Positions 26,667-36,270 of a stretch of DNA of 55,048 nt are shown here, piece after piece. The stretch lies in IMG/VR virus record IMGVR_UViG_3300029448_000054, positions 1-55,048 of that record; one strand, written 5' to 3'. Each line of letters opens with the position of its first letter. Positions within the stretch are counted from its first letter, which is position 1. The notes under the pieces are model-generated. The model was not told the origin of the DNA, ran no database searches, and was given only the letters and a program-made list of their open reading frames with translations. This stretch comes from a virus (taxonomy: Duplodnaviria > Caudoviricetes). Both the position numbers and the translations under genes were made by a program.

Positions 26667-26933
26667 TTATCTCGGAACAGGATTATTATTATCCTGCCCA
26701 TATCTATATGATAATGTCCAGAACTTAGTTTGGTCTTCAGTATAACTAAGAGATCTGAACTCATTACCTTCTATAATCCAAACTACATTATCAGGCCGGA
26801 AACAAATCCTACTATGTAGATGGCATTCATCAATACCAAATGCTGCACACTCTGCTCCTGTTGGGCTTGCCCAATCCAGTGATACTACTTGCTCAAGAAG
26901 TGAGCCACTATTTTCCAAATCTTGTTTATCCAT
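26667..26933 (-). CDS. Hypothetical protein
   Basis: GAGG RBS; 88 aa. Confidence 0.55.
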   Translation of the reverse strand: MDKQDLENSGSLLEQVVSLDWASPTGAECAAFGIDECHLHSRICFRPDNVVWIIEGNEFRSLSYTEDQTKFWTLSYRYGQDNNNPVPR

Positions 26934-26981
26934 GATGTCCTCTTTGGTGTTGCAGATAAAATATGTAACCCGATCAATGAG

Positions 26982-27179
26982 TTACCCCCAGTCTTTACGT
27001 TCTTCTTCCTGTCTGTACGCATTATGGTACTCCTCAATCTGAGCTTCGGTCATTTGTGGTGGGATAATGCGCTCACCAACATATGTACCCTCGGGATAGT
27101 AATGAGGTTTGTAAGGCCGACCATAATAACGGTCAGCCCCACCACGATCCGCTGGTGAACCATGCTTACCCCGCGTCAC
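26982..27179 (-). CDS. Conserved phage protein (HGSP.DRG.AD.YYGR)
   Basis: C-terminal part of track ORF 26982..27296; start uncertain (GTG 27179). Confidence 0.55.
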   Translation of the reverse strand: MTRGKHGSPADRGGADRYYGRPYKPHYYPEGTYVGERIIPPQMTEAQIEEYHNAYRQEEERKDWG

Positions 27180-27399
27180 GAGCTGCCACCCTATCCTCAT
27201 GGGCTTGGGCAATACGCTCAGCACATAACATAGCTTCTTTATGTACAGCAGGATACCGCGCCTCAACAAAACCAGCATATGCGAGTAACTCACCATACAT
27301 CTGACTCAAGTCACCAATAGACATAGCAGCATCAAGTATACTGTGATGCACCTTGGTAAACTCTTCAAGGTTTTCAATCAAGTCTGTATTTCCAGTCAT
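27166..27399 (-). CDS. Hypothetical protein
   Basis: AGAAAGGAG RBS. Confidence 0.6.
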   Translation of the reverse strand: MTGNTDLIENLEEFTKVHHSILDAAMSIGDLSQMYGELLAYAGFVEARYPAVHKEAMLCAERIAQAHEDRVAARDAG

Positions 27400-27438
27400 G
27401 GCTTGCTCCTTTCTATTAACAAATTGCCATATATTATA

Positions 27439-27765
27439 TTAAGTATTTACAGCCTCATGCACAAGCCGTAATTTATCACGCCGATAAATATTGTATATCA
27501 TCTGTCGGCTTACATCATAATCATTAGCGATACTTTGGTATGATTCACCAGCCTCCCTTCTATTGCGAATATCAATACGGCGAGCCATAATCCAATCAGC
27601 ATCTTGGCGAGTATGCCTTCCATCCGGTAAATCCAGATTGTATTGCATCTTCCATCGGAGAACGGTTGGTGGTGCAATATCAAAATGATCACGGAACTCT
27701 TTATGGCTGCCGACGGTTGCTGCTACCTCGCGCAGAGTTTCTACATCAATCGGAACTCTAGCCAT
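27439..27765 (-). CDS. Helix-turn-helix DNA-binding protein
   Basis: GESYQSIANDYDVSRQMIYNI HTH; likely start MARVPID at 27765. Confidence 0.7.
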   Translation of the reverse strand: MARVPIDVETLREVAATVGSHKEFRDHFDIAPPTVLRWKMQYNLDLPDGRHTRQDADWIMARRIDIRNRREAGESYQSIANDYDVSRQMIYNIYRRDKLRLVHEAVNT

Positions 27766-28015
27766 CCTGTTTCTCCCAGAAACTATCTGGTCTATCATAT
27801 GGATGTTTAGGTGTACTAGCATCACCAGAGCGCAATTTGTAATGACGAGTGGTATGCTCTTTAGGTGTTTCATGGAATGATTCCATATACCGATGCAGTT
27901 CTTTTAATGATGGAAACATTAATGGTCCTTTTACCATCGGTCCATCCAGTAACCATATCTTCTGACCAGTATCACTAACATCTTCAGCTTGGTAAATTTC
28001 CCAAATGGGTTTCAT
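27758..28015 (-). CDS. Hypothetical protein
   Basis: GGAGG RBS, ATGA overlap. Confidence 0.55.
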   Translation of the reverse strand: MKPIWEIYQAEDVSDTGQKIWLLDGPMVKGPLMFPSLKELHRYMESFHETPKEHTTRHYKLRSGDASTPKHPYDRPDSFWEKQDG

Positions 28016-28455
28016 GCTGCCCTCCTTGCCATAACTGAATTATGCGAACGAATACCGCGAGTTGTTATATGATAATAGTAAGGGCGACCAGAAGTACCGA
28101 TACGTTCTAAATCACCACGGTGGCAAAGTGTTGATAGTATTTTAGAAGGGTCACACTCATCAGCCAGATGGTCAAAATCATCTTTACACATTGTCGCTCT
28201 TGTTTGTGCAAACTGCTCAAGTATTTTAGAAGTATAGCTATCTTTTGTACTCATTGCTCGCATAGCAGTAGCTTTTTTCTTACGACGTATCGGCAAGGCT
28301 GGTGACATTGGTTTAAGGTCAGCGAGCATTGGCATTTGTTTAATTAACCAACGGATCTGACCACCAACAGTACGGCACTCATGGTCAGCTACTCGCTTGA
28401 GTATTTCATATGTCTCTATATCAATAGCGACTGATTTATGGTTATTGGTGTCCAT
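28012..28455 (-). CDS. Ribbon-helix-helix plus winged-helix regulator
   Basis: KSVAID.ETY..L...A..E.RT..GQI.WLI N-terminus; C-terminal LS.L..RG.L.R....PY.Y.IT. Confidence 0.6.
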   Translation of the reverse strand: MDTNNHKSVAIDIETYEILKRVADHECRTVGGQIRWLIKQMPMLADLKPMSPALPIRRKKKATAMRAMSTKDSYTSKILEQFAQTRATMCKDDFDHLADECDPSKILSTLCHRGDLERIGTSGRPYYYHITTRGIRSHNSVMARRAA

Positions 28456-28464
28456 TTCTTTCTC

Positions 28465-28938
28465 CTATGCACACAGGTCTAACATAAAGTCGGGGATAGG
28501 TCTATCCGTCCATTTACAGAACTTTGACTTTTCCCCACGGTAGTAATCACGGTACGCAACCATAACATCATGGTGTTTGTACTGCTCCGGCATTGCTTGC
28601 GGAAGAGTAGTAACGCCTCGCGCTTTTAATGCTGGAGGAGCACAACGTACAGCATACAATACTGATTCGGACTTATGAATATTGCCGTATCTGTATGTGT
28701 ATTCTTTGAATAAGTGATAGCCTATACGCCATGCCAGACGGTAATTATCTACAGTCTGGCCTACCCATATCGTACATGGGTGTTTAGGGTGAACAGGCAT
28801 ATAAGGTGCTTCATTGCCATGCTGCCAATGAGTAGTACAAAGCATTTGCACCATCTCAAGTGGCATCTTGACAACATGCTTATCACAATGCATTTGAGCA
28901 CATTGCTTGGGATCCATGGAAAGCCAGAATATATTCAT
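28465..28938 (-). CDS. Pyrimidine-dimer DNA glycosylase-like (DenV-related) protein
   Basis: MNIF.L..DP..CA..HCDKHVVKM..E..QML, H..HPC..W, EY..RY...H, PQAMP, AYR.YY. Confidence 0.7.
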   Translation of the reverse strand: MNIFWLSMDPKQCAQMHCDKHVVKMPLEMVQMLCTTHWQHGNEAPYMPVHPKHPCTIWVGQTVDNYRLAWRIGYHLFKEYTYRYGNIHKSESVLYAVRCAPPALKARGVTTLPQAMPEQYKHHDVMVAYRDYYRGEKSKFCKWTDRPIPDFMLDLCA

Positions 28939-29177
28939 GGCATACGATCCTCGGGCAATGGCAAACTGACTGTGAGTAAGCGGTTAGGAGGCTGGCATAC
29001 AGCATACATGAGTACCCTGCGGCGCGGCTCTGTAGATTTTACCTTGCGTATTGCCATAGTAGCATCCTGCAAATCATCATAACGCCATGTACTGTATTTG
29101 GCACAGCCATGGAACTCTGTAATTGTGTAATAAACTACATGGTCAAACATATAGTCTTCGTATTGTTGCCAATCCAT
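28935..29177 (-). CDS. Hypothetical protein
   Basis: ATG at 29177 after the AGAAAGG hairpin RBS. Confidence 0.6.
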   Translation of the reverse strand: MDWQQYEDYMFDHVVYYTITEFHGCAKYSTWRYDDLQDATMAIRKVKSTEPRRRVLMYAVCQPPNRLLTVSLPLPEDRMP

Positions 29178-29265
29178 AAGCAAACCTTTCTGTGTTTACT
29201 TAATTATAGTAGCATAACTATTTACGGATTTGTACTTCGGGGTAGTAAAAAAGTTATCTTTTTTA

Positions 29266-29793
29266 TCAAACGCTTAAATTATAATGAGTTAGCACTTTAT
29301 TGACTGGCTCAAAATCAGGTAGATCAGAAAACCTTTTGTATAAGAAGTTGATACCTGTATGCATAATCACTTTCATTTGTTCACTTTGACTTGAGTGGCG
29401 ATTAGAATAGAGTACCAGTTCAAGCATATCTGCCATTTTCAATCTATTCTTTTCATCTGCGGTAAGAACAAATATCAATCCAAGGTCTTCAAATACTTTT
29501 TTCTCAGCATCTTCAAATGCTTTTTGTACTTCAGGATAAGACCATTTAGCGGTAGCTGGTATATCACCAAGTATCAATTCAGGCACATCATGATACAATG
29601 AAGCCATGATGAGTTGTTTTGTACTATCAGGCCAGAGTTGGTCTATCAATATACTTACTGCGTATGAATGTGCTCCCACTGTCTGTCTTTCTGCTTGCAT
29701 GGCAACTGTATGGAAGCGCAATAAAAATTGAGCATCCCATGCTGTTGTCAAAGTTTTAATGTTTGGTATTGTCTGGCATTGGTGTCCCGCCAT
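29266..29793 (-). CDS. HD-domain 5'-deoxynucleotidase (YfbR-like)
   Basis: RFH...QTV..HS..V...LYHD.PE..LGDIP...K...K.ADMLE; start may lie further downstream. Confidence 0.85.
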   Translation of the reverse strand: MAGHQCQTIPNIKTLTTAWDAQFLLRFHTVAMQAERQTVGAHSYAVSILIDQLWPDSTKQLIMASLYHDVPELILGDIPATAKWSYPEVQKAFEDAEKKVFEDLGLIFVLTADEKNRLKMADMLELVLYSNRHSSQSEQMKVIMHTGINFLYKRFSDLPDFEPVNKVLTHYNLSV

Positions 29794-31675
29794 CTTTTAC
29801 CCCTCTTGACCAAGGCTTATCACTAAATGTCTTTTTTGCTTCGCCCCAACTCGGACCAAACTCTGCATCTACCACACTTGGTATCTGCATATCTACACAA
29901 GTCTCCATGATCTCTTGTATCACAGAGGCTGTTTCTGGTTCAGCTACTGATATATCTAATTCATCATGCACTTGTATCAATGGTGTTATACCTTCTTTAT
30001 GTAAAGCTACCATCGCAGCTTTTGTTTGGTCGGCAGCACTACCCTGTATCAATCGGTTAAGGGCTTTATATGTGAAAGCGCGTTTGATAGCTGGACCATG
30101 CTCAGCATATGCATCTTCATATGTCTGTGGTTTATACAATCCATAAGCATTTGGTTCCCATTTATCAAACCTACATTTGCGACCAAGCAGGGTACGGATA
30201 ACACCTTTATTAGAAGCACGGTTGACTACATAATCAGCAAGCTGTTGAACAAAAGGGACTTTACCATGATACTCTTTAAATAAATCTTTAGCATCCTCAT
30301 ACTCAAGTCCTAATTGTTCTGCCAGTTTATTCTTACCCATCCCATAGAACAAACCAAGGTTAATATCTTTTGCTTGTTTACGAGGTACTCCAACTATATC
30401 GGCAGCCATCTGGTGGAAATCTGTAGTAGCATCTACATTGTACTGGTCAGCAAACTCTTGTGCGCCAGTCAATTTAAGTAGGCTAGAATAATGGACGACG
30501 AGCCGTGGTTCTTGGCTACTATAATCAAAAGCACCCCACAGTTCACCTTCTTCGGGTAAGAACAATCCGCGTATCATAGGACCAATCTCAGCATTCCTTG
30601 CTGGTACTTGCTGTAGATTAGGATTGCTATAACTGAACCGACCTGTAACTGTCCCACCATCATCACTACGGAGGCTATGTGCCTCAGCATGAATACGACC
30701 GTTATGTTGGTGCTTTATAATAGTGTCGATAAAGGTGGTTCTAGCTTTATTCAGCTCACGAGCTCGAACCACGGCCTGAGGAAGTGCATGGGCATGGTTG
30801 GCTAGAAAATTCTTAGTGAAGCTAGGCTGGCCTGATTTGGGCGTTTTAGGGTAAGTCAACCCCTTTGCATCAAATGCTTTAGCGATACTTGCCGCTGCCC
30901 ATATATCAATATCTGTACCACCTGATTCTTGTAATACTTTTTCCTCTTCCCTTTGCAGATACACCTTTAACTCTTCAGCTTTTTCTAGGTCTACCCGCAC
31001 ACCTTTCTTACGCATATCAAATACAACTTTGAGGACTTGTAATTCAAGGTCAAATATATCTGCTATATCTTCTTTTACTATTATACCTTTAAAGAACTGC
31101 CACAATTTCAGGGTAAGTGCAGCATCCTGTTCAGCATATGCACCCACAAAATGAGCAGGGAGTTTCCACATTTCACTCTTAGCATTTACACCAAAAGAGT
31201 TAGCTGCTTCATATAAATCTTTTTCACTCTTACGCTCATTCAGGTAATCACGGCCTAAAGCATTGAGGGCATAACTAAACCTATTTTCATCAATAAGTGC
31301 AGCTACAATCATTGTATCTACAATACGGCCTTTTACTTCTATACCTTCTGCCCATAACCATCCAAGGTCATACATAGCATTATGCATAATATAATCACGC
31401 TCAATTGAGCATACATCAGCTAACCAGCGGAGTGTTTGTTTAGCATCAAGGTTACTACCATTATCATGCCGGATAGGGAAATACCAAGCAGCACCATCCA
31501 CAGCTACCGCGATGCCAATTACATAACCATCTTTACGAGGCCATCCACTACCACGAGATGTAAGGTTAGGGTCACAGGTTTCTAAATCAATAGATACCTC
31601 CCTAGCTTCCGATAGATCGGGATAGCCATCTGGCATTACCCATTCAGTCGGTGGTGTGAATAGTGGGAATTGCAT
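29756..31675 (-). CDS. polA: DNA polymerase family A with 3'-5' exonuclease
   Basis: Exo DLET/HNAMYD/YAEQDA; TGRFS..NPNLQQ; motif A DYSSQEPR; motif B RKQAKDINLGLFYG; motif C QVHDE. Confidence 0.96.
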   Translation of the reverse strand: MQFPLFTPPTEWVMPDGYPDLSEAREVSIDLETCDPNLTSRGSGWPRKDGYVIGIAVAVDGAAWYFPIRHDNGSNLDAKQTLRWLADVCSIERDYIMHNAMYDLGWLWAEGIEVKGRIVDTMIVAALIDENRFSYALNALGRDYLNERKSEKDLYEAANSFGVNAKSEMWKLPAHFVGAYAEQDAALTLKLWQFFKGIIVKEDIADIFDLELQVLKVVFDMRKKGVRVDLEKAEELKVYLQREEEKVLQESGGTDIDIWAAASIAKAFDAKGLTYPKTPKSGQPSFTKNFLANHAHALPQAVVRARELNKARTTFIDTIIKHQHNGRIHAEAHSLRSDDGGTVTGRFSYSNPNLQQVPARNAEIGPMIRGLFLPEEGELWGAFDYSSQEPRLVVHYSSLLKLTGAQEFADQYNVDATTDFHQMAADIVGVPRKQAKDINLGLFYGMGKNKLAEQLGLEYEDAKDLFKEYHGKVPFVQQLADYVVNRASNKGVIRTLLGRKCRFDKWEPNAYGLYKPQTYEDAYAEHGPAIKRAFTYKALNRLIQGSAADQTKAAMVALHKEGITPLIQVHDELDISVAEPETASVIQEIMETCVDMQIPSVVDAEFGPSWGEAKKTFSDKPWSRGVKDGGTPMPDNTKH

Positions 31676-31817
31676 CTTTTACCTTTACCATCATAGGTTG
31701 GTTACATTTAGAACAGTGAGGCCATTTGTTTTTGAGTTTACGGAAGGTAATAACTTTCTTTTCCCTTCCGCATTCACATTCAGCCAATACTTCTCTATCT
31801 AGCTTTTCGTTATCCAT
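31644..31817 (-). CDS. 57-aa Zn-ribbon protein (not in ORF track)
   Basis: MDNEKLDREVLAECECGREKK...WPHCSKCNQPM; GAGG RBS; fills the gap before polA. Confidence 0.55.
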   Translation of the reverse strand: MDNEKLDREVLAECECGREKKVITFRKLKNKWPHCSKCNQPMMVKVKDAIPTIHTTD

Positions 31818-32208
31818 TCCCTCGCATTCGCACTTCTGCCTCTACAAGAAACAAATACCTACGCAAATCACGGATATCATCAAGTATACCTTCCTCACGC
31901 ATATCATCTTTAGCAGCTAAGAATACATCATAATTGTATTCATTCACTTGCTTTTCAAGCCTATCCCATTTGCGAGCCAGCATCATAAATGCACCAACAC
32001 CGCCACGCTGTTTCCAACTATCACCATAAGATTGCTCAGAACCATGCAGCCCTTCTACATCTTGATTAGCTAACCCGAGGATATTATTAACAATAGGGCT
32101 ATAATCATCAGGGGTAATATCATCCTTTTTTGCCATAACCGTATACTCCTCCCAATTTAATTCCTTCATACGCCTTTTCATGTATTGTTCGTGGCTTTCT
32201 CTTCCCAT
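31810..32208 (-). CDS. Nucleotide-modification-associated all-alpha (MazG-like/DUF1599-type) protein
   Basis: YGDSW...G..G.....RKWDRL...E...D...DL..Y; start may be ATG 32181 or 32136. Confidence 0.65.
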   Translation of the reverse strand: MGRESHEQYMKRRMKELNWEEYTVMAKKDDITPDDYSPIVNNILGLANQDVEGLHGSEQSYGDSWKQRGGVGAFMMLARKWDRLEKQVNEYNYDVFLAAKDDMREEGILDDIRDLRRYLFLVEAEVRMRGNG

Positions 32209-33206
32209 TTATCTCTCCTACGTTCTAACCATTCCCAAGTGGCTAAATGCCAATCATCGGGTTTTATATCTGCACAATGGTCAAAAGCTAAAGCTAATTC
32301 TTTAGCTTTCCATGCTTGCCATACTCGGTGCATAGGTTGTGCCAAATCAGAGAAACAGGAGTTTTTATATGCTCTTGGCCTTTCAGCATCCTCCATAAAC
32401 CAACTAAGCTCTTTATCAAATGATTCTATATTATTTACCAAAGCATCTGGCCTAATCATACGCACATTATATGATTCATAATCAGGCTGCATACCCTCTA
32501 GCTTTTTTAATACTTCAGTATAAGCATGGAGGTTATTACTAAACTGTGTATAGATGCCAACACTCGCGCCGATGCGTGAGGCTATATACTCTTGGAGAAT
32601 GGACATATGGACAGCATTAGCTCCCAATGCACCCCAGATCATATCATTACTACGGTTGCATACTGTCATATCAAGTATATTATCACGCACACTAAAATAG
32701 ATATGGGTATTACAAGGGTGGTCTTTACAGCTATTAGCCATCCGTAAATCACCTTCAGCATCCCACATTGCAAGCACTGCTCGTCTATCATTTGTATGTG
32801 TCATTAATCTATGGGTGATCACATCAATCTGGTCACGATGGAAATAATTACGCCAACGATAACCATATGCTCCCTGTAATAATTTACCATCATCACTATA
32901 CTCACCCATCCGTGCATTATAGCGTTGTATCCACTCTAAATCATTACGCCCTGCTAACATCCACAGGCTTTCCATAAAATGAAATATGGGGTTTGCATCA
33001 CGCTCGGGATAGAACAGTACACGTTCGCGTGGGCTATTGTAGACAATAGCGCATGGTTCACGGAACTCAATTGCTTTACCATTACGAGTTTCTACTTCTA
33101 CACCATCAGCTTCTAATGCTTGCTTCACAACAAACAATGCTTCACTTACATTTCCTACGGTGAAAGTATGCACCCCTCGCATGGGTGCTTTGCCATATAA
33201 TGCCAT
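32178..33206 (-). CDS. Thymidylate-synthase-family enzyme, probable dUMP hydroxymethylase
   Basis: TRNG, GAYG.RW, RRAV, catalytic D.PCN and RSNDMIWGALGAN, keeping the dUMP-specifying Asn; resembles the M6/YuA-type phage enzymes as I recall them. Confidence 0.8.
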   Translation of the reverse strand: MALYGKAPMRGVHTFTVGNVSEALFVVKQALEADGVEVETRNGKAIEFREPCAIVYNSPRERVLFYPERDANPIFHFMESLWMLAGRNDLEWIQRYNARMGEYSDDGKLLQGAYGYRWRNYFHRDQIDVITHRLMTHTNDRRAVLAMWDAEGDLRMANSCKDHPCNTHIYFSVRDNILDMTVCNRSNDMIWGALGANAVHMSILQEYIASRIGASVGIYTQFSNNLHAYTEVLKKLEGMQPDYESYNVRMIRPDALVNNIESFDKELSWFMEDAERPRAYKNSCFSDLAQPMHRVWQAWKAKELALAFDHCADIKPDDWHLATWEWLERRRDKWEEKATNNT

Positions 33207-33289
33207 ATTTAACCGCCTTTCTATGGGGTTTTAAAGCCGCTACAGCGGCCTGAGTTAATGTGCCTTACCCTACTACTAAAAGCAACCCT

Positions 33290-34309
33290 CTAGCTGTCTG
33301 AGTAACCTGTAATAAAGTCAAAATGTTTCTTGACCCTTTTAGTATAAGTACCTCCTTTTAACGCCTCCTTGATTGCAAGCGTTGTTTCCTCAGTAGGCTC
33401 GGGTAATGCCTTGCGTCCCATGCGGTCAGGTAACAATCCATTACGCAAAGTGGTATTGTCACAACCGTTACAAGGACCGAAATCACGTTGCCCATGATAC
33501 AATTTTGTTCGCGCTGCATGAAATGCCTCCCCCTGCCATACTTCTTCCATTGGTGTATCAATTACATTGCCACACTTATACCATCCTACCCAATCATTAC
33601 AGCAAACAGCAACATTACCATCCCAACGTATAGACATCTCACGGAAAGGTTTGGCACACCGTTTACCATCTTGTTCATGGTTTAGATGGAAAGCGTTACC
33701 AGCGTGGTTACTGACTTGGGCATGGGTTCCACTTGTAGCGAGCGTAAGATCCATTCCAACCACGATAATATGTTCAGTAGCTTTTCGTCGTTGGTGAGGG
33801 TTTGCGTTACGTTCTGCGGGGTATTCGTATACAGGGTATGGACCATTATATCTCTCCTTTATTTTATCCACTATTTTTATACGATCATAATTATCAAGAA
33901 ACAGTACATTCAACCCTGCTTCCATCAGTTGGTTGACACTTTTTTCAGTGTCGCGTAAAAGACCACCACCATTACTGGTCATCATTAAAGATGTTTTTGG
34001 TAACTCCTGACGGAACAATCTAATCATATCAATAAAGAAAGGATGCATAGTTGGCTCACCATGCATGGCAAACTCTAGCCGAGGGTTCCACCCTGCTTCT
34101 TTTATACGAGCACATATAGCCCTAGCTGCTTTGATACTTAGATATTTGTAAGGGGCAGATGCTTTACCATGCGTATTATCCGGACCATCTGCACCATTCT
34201 CTCGTATAGATTGTATACCGCAAAAAGAACAAGCAAGGTTACAACCCTCTGCTAATTCTATCTGAATAGAGTTTGGTGGGTCTTGGTGATTGTTAGATTG
34301 CGCCGCCAT
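33290..34309 (-). CDS. Radical SAM enzyme with C-terminal SPASM/twitch domain
   Basis: CNLACSFC (CxxxCxxC), HGEP, SNG; C..PF...I.WDG.V..CC.D...GN...PC.GC. Likely start MAAQS. Confidence 0.9.
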   Translation of the reverse strand: MAAQSNNHQDPPNSIQIELAEGCNLACSFCGIQSIRENGADGPDNTHGKASAPYKYLSIKAARAICARIKEAGWNPRLEFAMHGEPTMHPFFIDMIRLFRQELPKTSLMMTSNGGGLLRDTEKSVNQLMEAGLNVLFLDNYDRIKIVDKIKERYNGPYPVYEYPAERNANPHQRRKATEHIIVVGMDLTLATSGTHAQVSNHAGNAFHLNHEQDGKRCAKPFREMSIRWDGNVAVCCNDWVGWYKCGNVIDTPMEEVWQGEAFHAARTKLYHGQRDFGPCNGCDNTTLRNGLLPDRMGRKALPEPTEETTLAIKEALKGGTYTKRVKKHFDFITGYSDS

Positions 34310-35078
34310 CTTTAGCCGCCTTTCTCCATTGTACACGAACATCCCAGCGTGTTTTCATACCTTCCCACCCTGTTTTAGTTTCTTTCTGTACTGCTTTCAC
34401 ATACATAGGAAACTCTTCTGCTAATGCTAGGCTTGCTTTTTCTTGTAACTCTGCATTGCGGTATGAACTGCAACCTCCAGCCGCACCGGAAGCACCACGT
34501 TGATCCCATGTCCAATCAACAATAACAGCATTACGATGTCCTGACTGAAACAGTTTCAGGGTAACGTAATAATCCTCCATCAGATCCATGGCATCATAAC
34601 GTATACCTAAATTATGTATTATTTCAGGGCGTATTGCATGGACAGCATTTTGTCGCATACCATATTTAACTGTATCGGGGAAGTGCTTATCATTCATTTG
34701 CCGTGGGCTGAGGCCAACATGGGTATGGTTCATTAATAACCATTCCATACGCTCCCATAACTCATGCATTTCTTCTTGGTTTGTTTTTCTTAGGTTGGCA
34801 GCCATCCCATGTATGCGGCGACCAAATATAAGATCATCATCCAAAACAATAATTTTATCATGTCCTGCCTCCATAGCATGTTCTAATATAAACTGCCTTA
34901 CATTATTGATTCCTTTAATTTCACCGCGATTTATACAATCACGTCCCTGTTTTGTATGCCAGTTTATTTCTTCTTGTGGGCAAACAAGAGCAGCATACTC
35001 TCGGGCTTCCGGACCAATACTATCCCAAGTAATTTGGTTATTCATCCTACCCCTTGTTGGTATATATATCGGTATCAT
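34293..35078 (-). CDS. GT-A fold glycosyltransferase of the TET/JBP-associated (TAGT/GREB1/base-J GT) type
   Basis: IYIPTRGR, RQFIL, VLDDD, EDY..TL.L...G..N, GGC...R. Confidence 0.8.
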   Translation of the reverse strand: MIPIYIPTRGRMNNQITWDSIGPEAREYAALVCPQEEINWHTKQGRDCINRGEIKGINNVRQFILEHAMEAGHDKIIVLDDDLIFGRRIHGMAANLRKTNQEEMHELWERMEWLLMNHTHVGLSPRQMNDKHFPDTVKYGMRQNAVHAIRPEIIHNLGIRYDAMDLMEDYYVTLKLFQSGHRNAVIVDWTWDQRGASGAAGGCSSYRNAELQEKASLALAEEFPMYVKAVQKETKTGWEGMKTRWDVRVQWRKAAKDGGAI

Positions 35079-35368
35079 ATCTCATCCTCATCAAATATTA
35101 CTTGGCCTTCTAATACTGCGGCCTCTAACTCTTCATCGGTTAAATGTTCTAACTCAAACATCGTTGGTTTTGGCTTTGGTTTCAACCTTTTCTTTTTTGG
35201 TTTTACCAATTTCAGTTTGGGCGGCTCTTTGCTCTTGGGCGGCTCTAATACTTCCAATGTCCGATAATTGTATTTGCATTTCGGACAATACCTCTTCCTC
35301 CAAGTGGTTTTGTTTCGAGTTCGACTGTCCACGACGGAAGATCTGCCATTGCATTTTGGGCACAACAT
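35075..35368 (-). CDS. NrdR-like N-terminal Zn-ribbon protein
   Basis: M.CP.C....VVDSR......RKR.C..C...Y.T.E; no ATP-cone. Confidence 0.7.
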   Translation of the reverse strand: MLCPKCNGRSSVVDSRTRNKTTWRKRYCPKCKYNYRTLEVLEPPKSKEPPKLKLVKPKKKRLKPKPKPTMFELEHLTDEELEAAVLEGQVIFDEDEI

Positions 35369-35370
35369 AT

Positions 35371-36267
35371 CTACGCCACCTCCCCATGTACAGCCTCCAG
35401 CATAGAACCTTGTAACCCATTATACTTACTGCGAGGTGTACCTTGACCAAGGCGTACACGCTCATATTTATCCCACTCGCATAAGCTATGTTCAATGCAA
35501 CGCATATCCACTGCCAAATTCGGGATGTGATCACCAAGATAACGGTGCGAATCTTCGTGTAGATCTTGCATCTCCCTATTACTTTGATAGGCACTTAACG
35601 CTTTAGTGAGGGGTCTGCCATGGATCCTGTTGAGGCCACGTTTTGCTCCCGGACCAGCGTTTGCCCATTTGTATTTATCTTTTGCTTGATCAAGGACAGG
35701 TGTGTAGTTGAGGTCTGTGACGACCTCATAAGACATAAAACCTCCCCCGCCCCATCCTTTATATGCACCCAACGCTTTGTGTACTTCTTCCAGCGATTGC
35801 GTATCAGCGGCGGTCTGCGCCAACGCTTCTCTATTCTCCCATATCGGCGAAAGGAAATGGTCAACAACGACCTCCGACTTTGGTGCTTTAAGACCTTGGT
35901 TAGTGATTATATACGCACCAGTGAATGTCCGTAAACCATTGTCAATTCTAGTTTGTATAAGTTCTTTTGTGCGAGCAGGATTAAATTCTTCTACCCAACC
36001 ATGTTCTTCAGCAAACTCACTTGTGCCAACCATACGAAACATACAACAGTTAAATATCATTTCACCATGTGGGCGGTTATCATTTGGCTTAGTCCAGTTT
36101 TGGCGCATCCAAACAGTCACCCTATCATTCTCACGGAAAGGGTTAGTAAACTTATAATCCCGCAGTATAGGGTCATCAGTCCAAGGGGCTGGTTGCCCCT
36201 TGGCTCGTTTTTGGTAAATAGCGTGACGCTCGTTTATCCAGTAGCAGAACCTTTCTATGTTCTCCAT
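35371..36267 (-). CDS. aGPT-Pplase1 / 5hmdU-kinase helical-domain family DNA-modification protein
   Basis: F.YWINERH.IY.KR..G.P.PWTDDPIL..YKFTN.FRE.DR, FTGAYII, G.GF..YEV..DL, GPGA.RGL, EH.LCE.DKY. Confidence 0.85.
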   Translation of the reverse strand: MENIERFCYWINERHAIYQKRAKGQPAPWTDDPILRDYKFTNPFRENDRVTVWMRQNWTKPNDNRPHGEMIFNCCMFRMVGTSEFAEEHGWVEEFNPARTKELIQTRIDNGLRTFTGAYIITNQGLKAPKSEVVVDHFLSPIWENREALAQTAADTQSLEEVHKALGAYKGWGGGGFMSYEVVTDLNYTPVLDQAKDKYKWANAGPGAKRGLNRIHGRPLTKALSAYQSNREMQDLHEDSHRYLGDHIPNLAVDMRCIEHSLCEWDKYERVRLGQGTPRSKYNGLQGSMLEAVHGEVA

Positions 36268-36270
36268 AAT

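Noticed and set aside
32178-33206. Calling the TS homolog a dCMP hydroxymethylase or canonical thyA
   Set aside because: It keeps Asn, not Asp, at the specificity position, which argues against dCMP. Its divergent sequence and neighbours argue against housekeeping ThyA, so no gene symbol is given.
35075-35368. nrdR gene call
   Set aside because: Only the Zn ribbon is present; there is no ATP-cone and no ribonucleotide reductase in the window.
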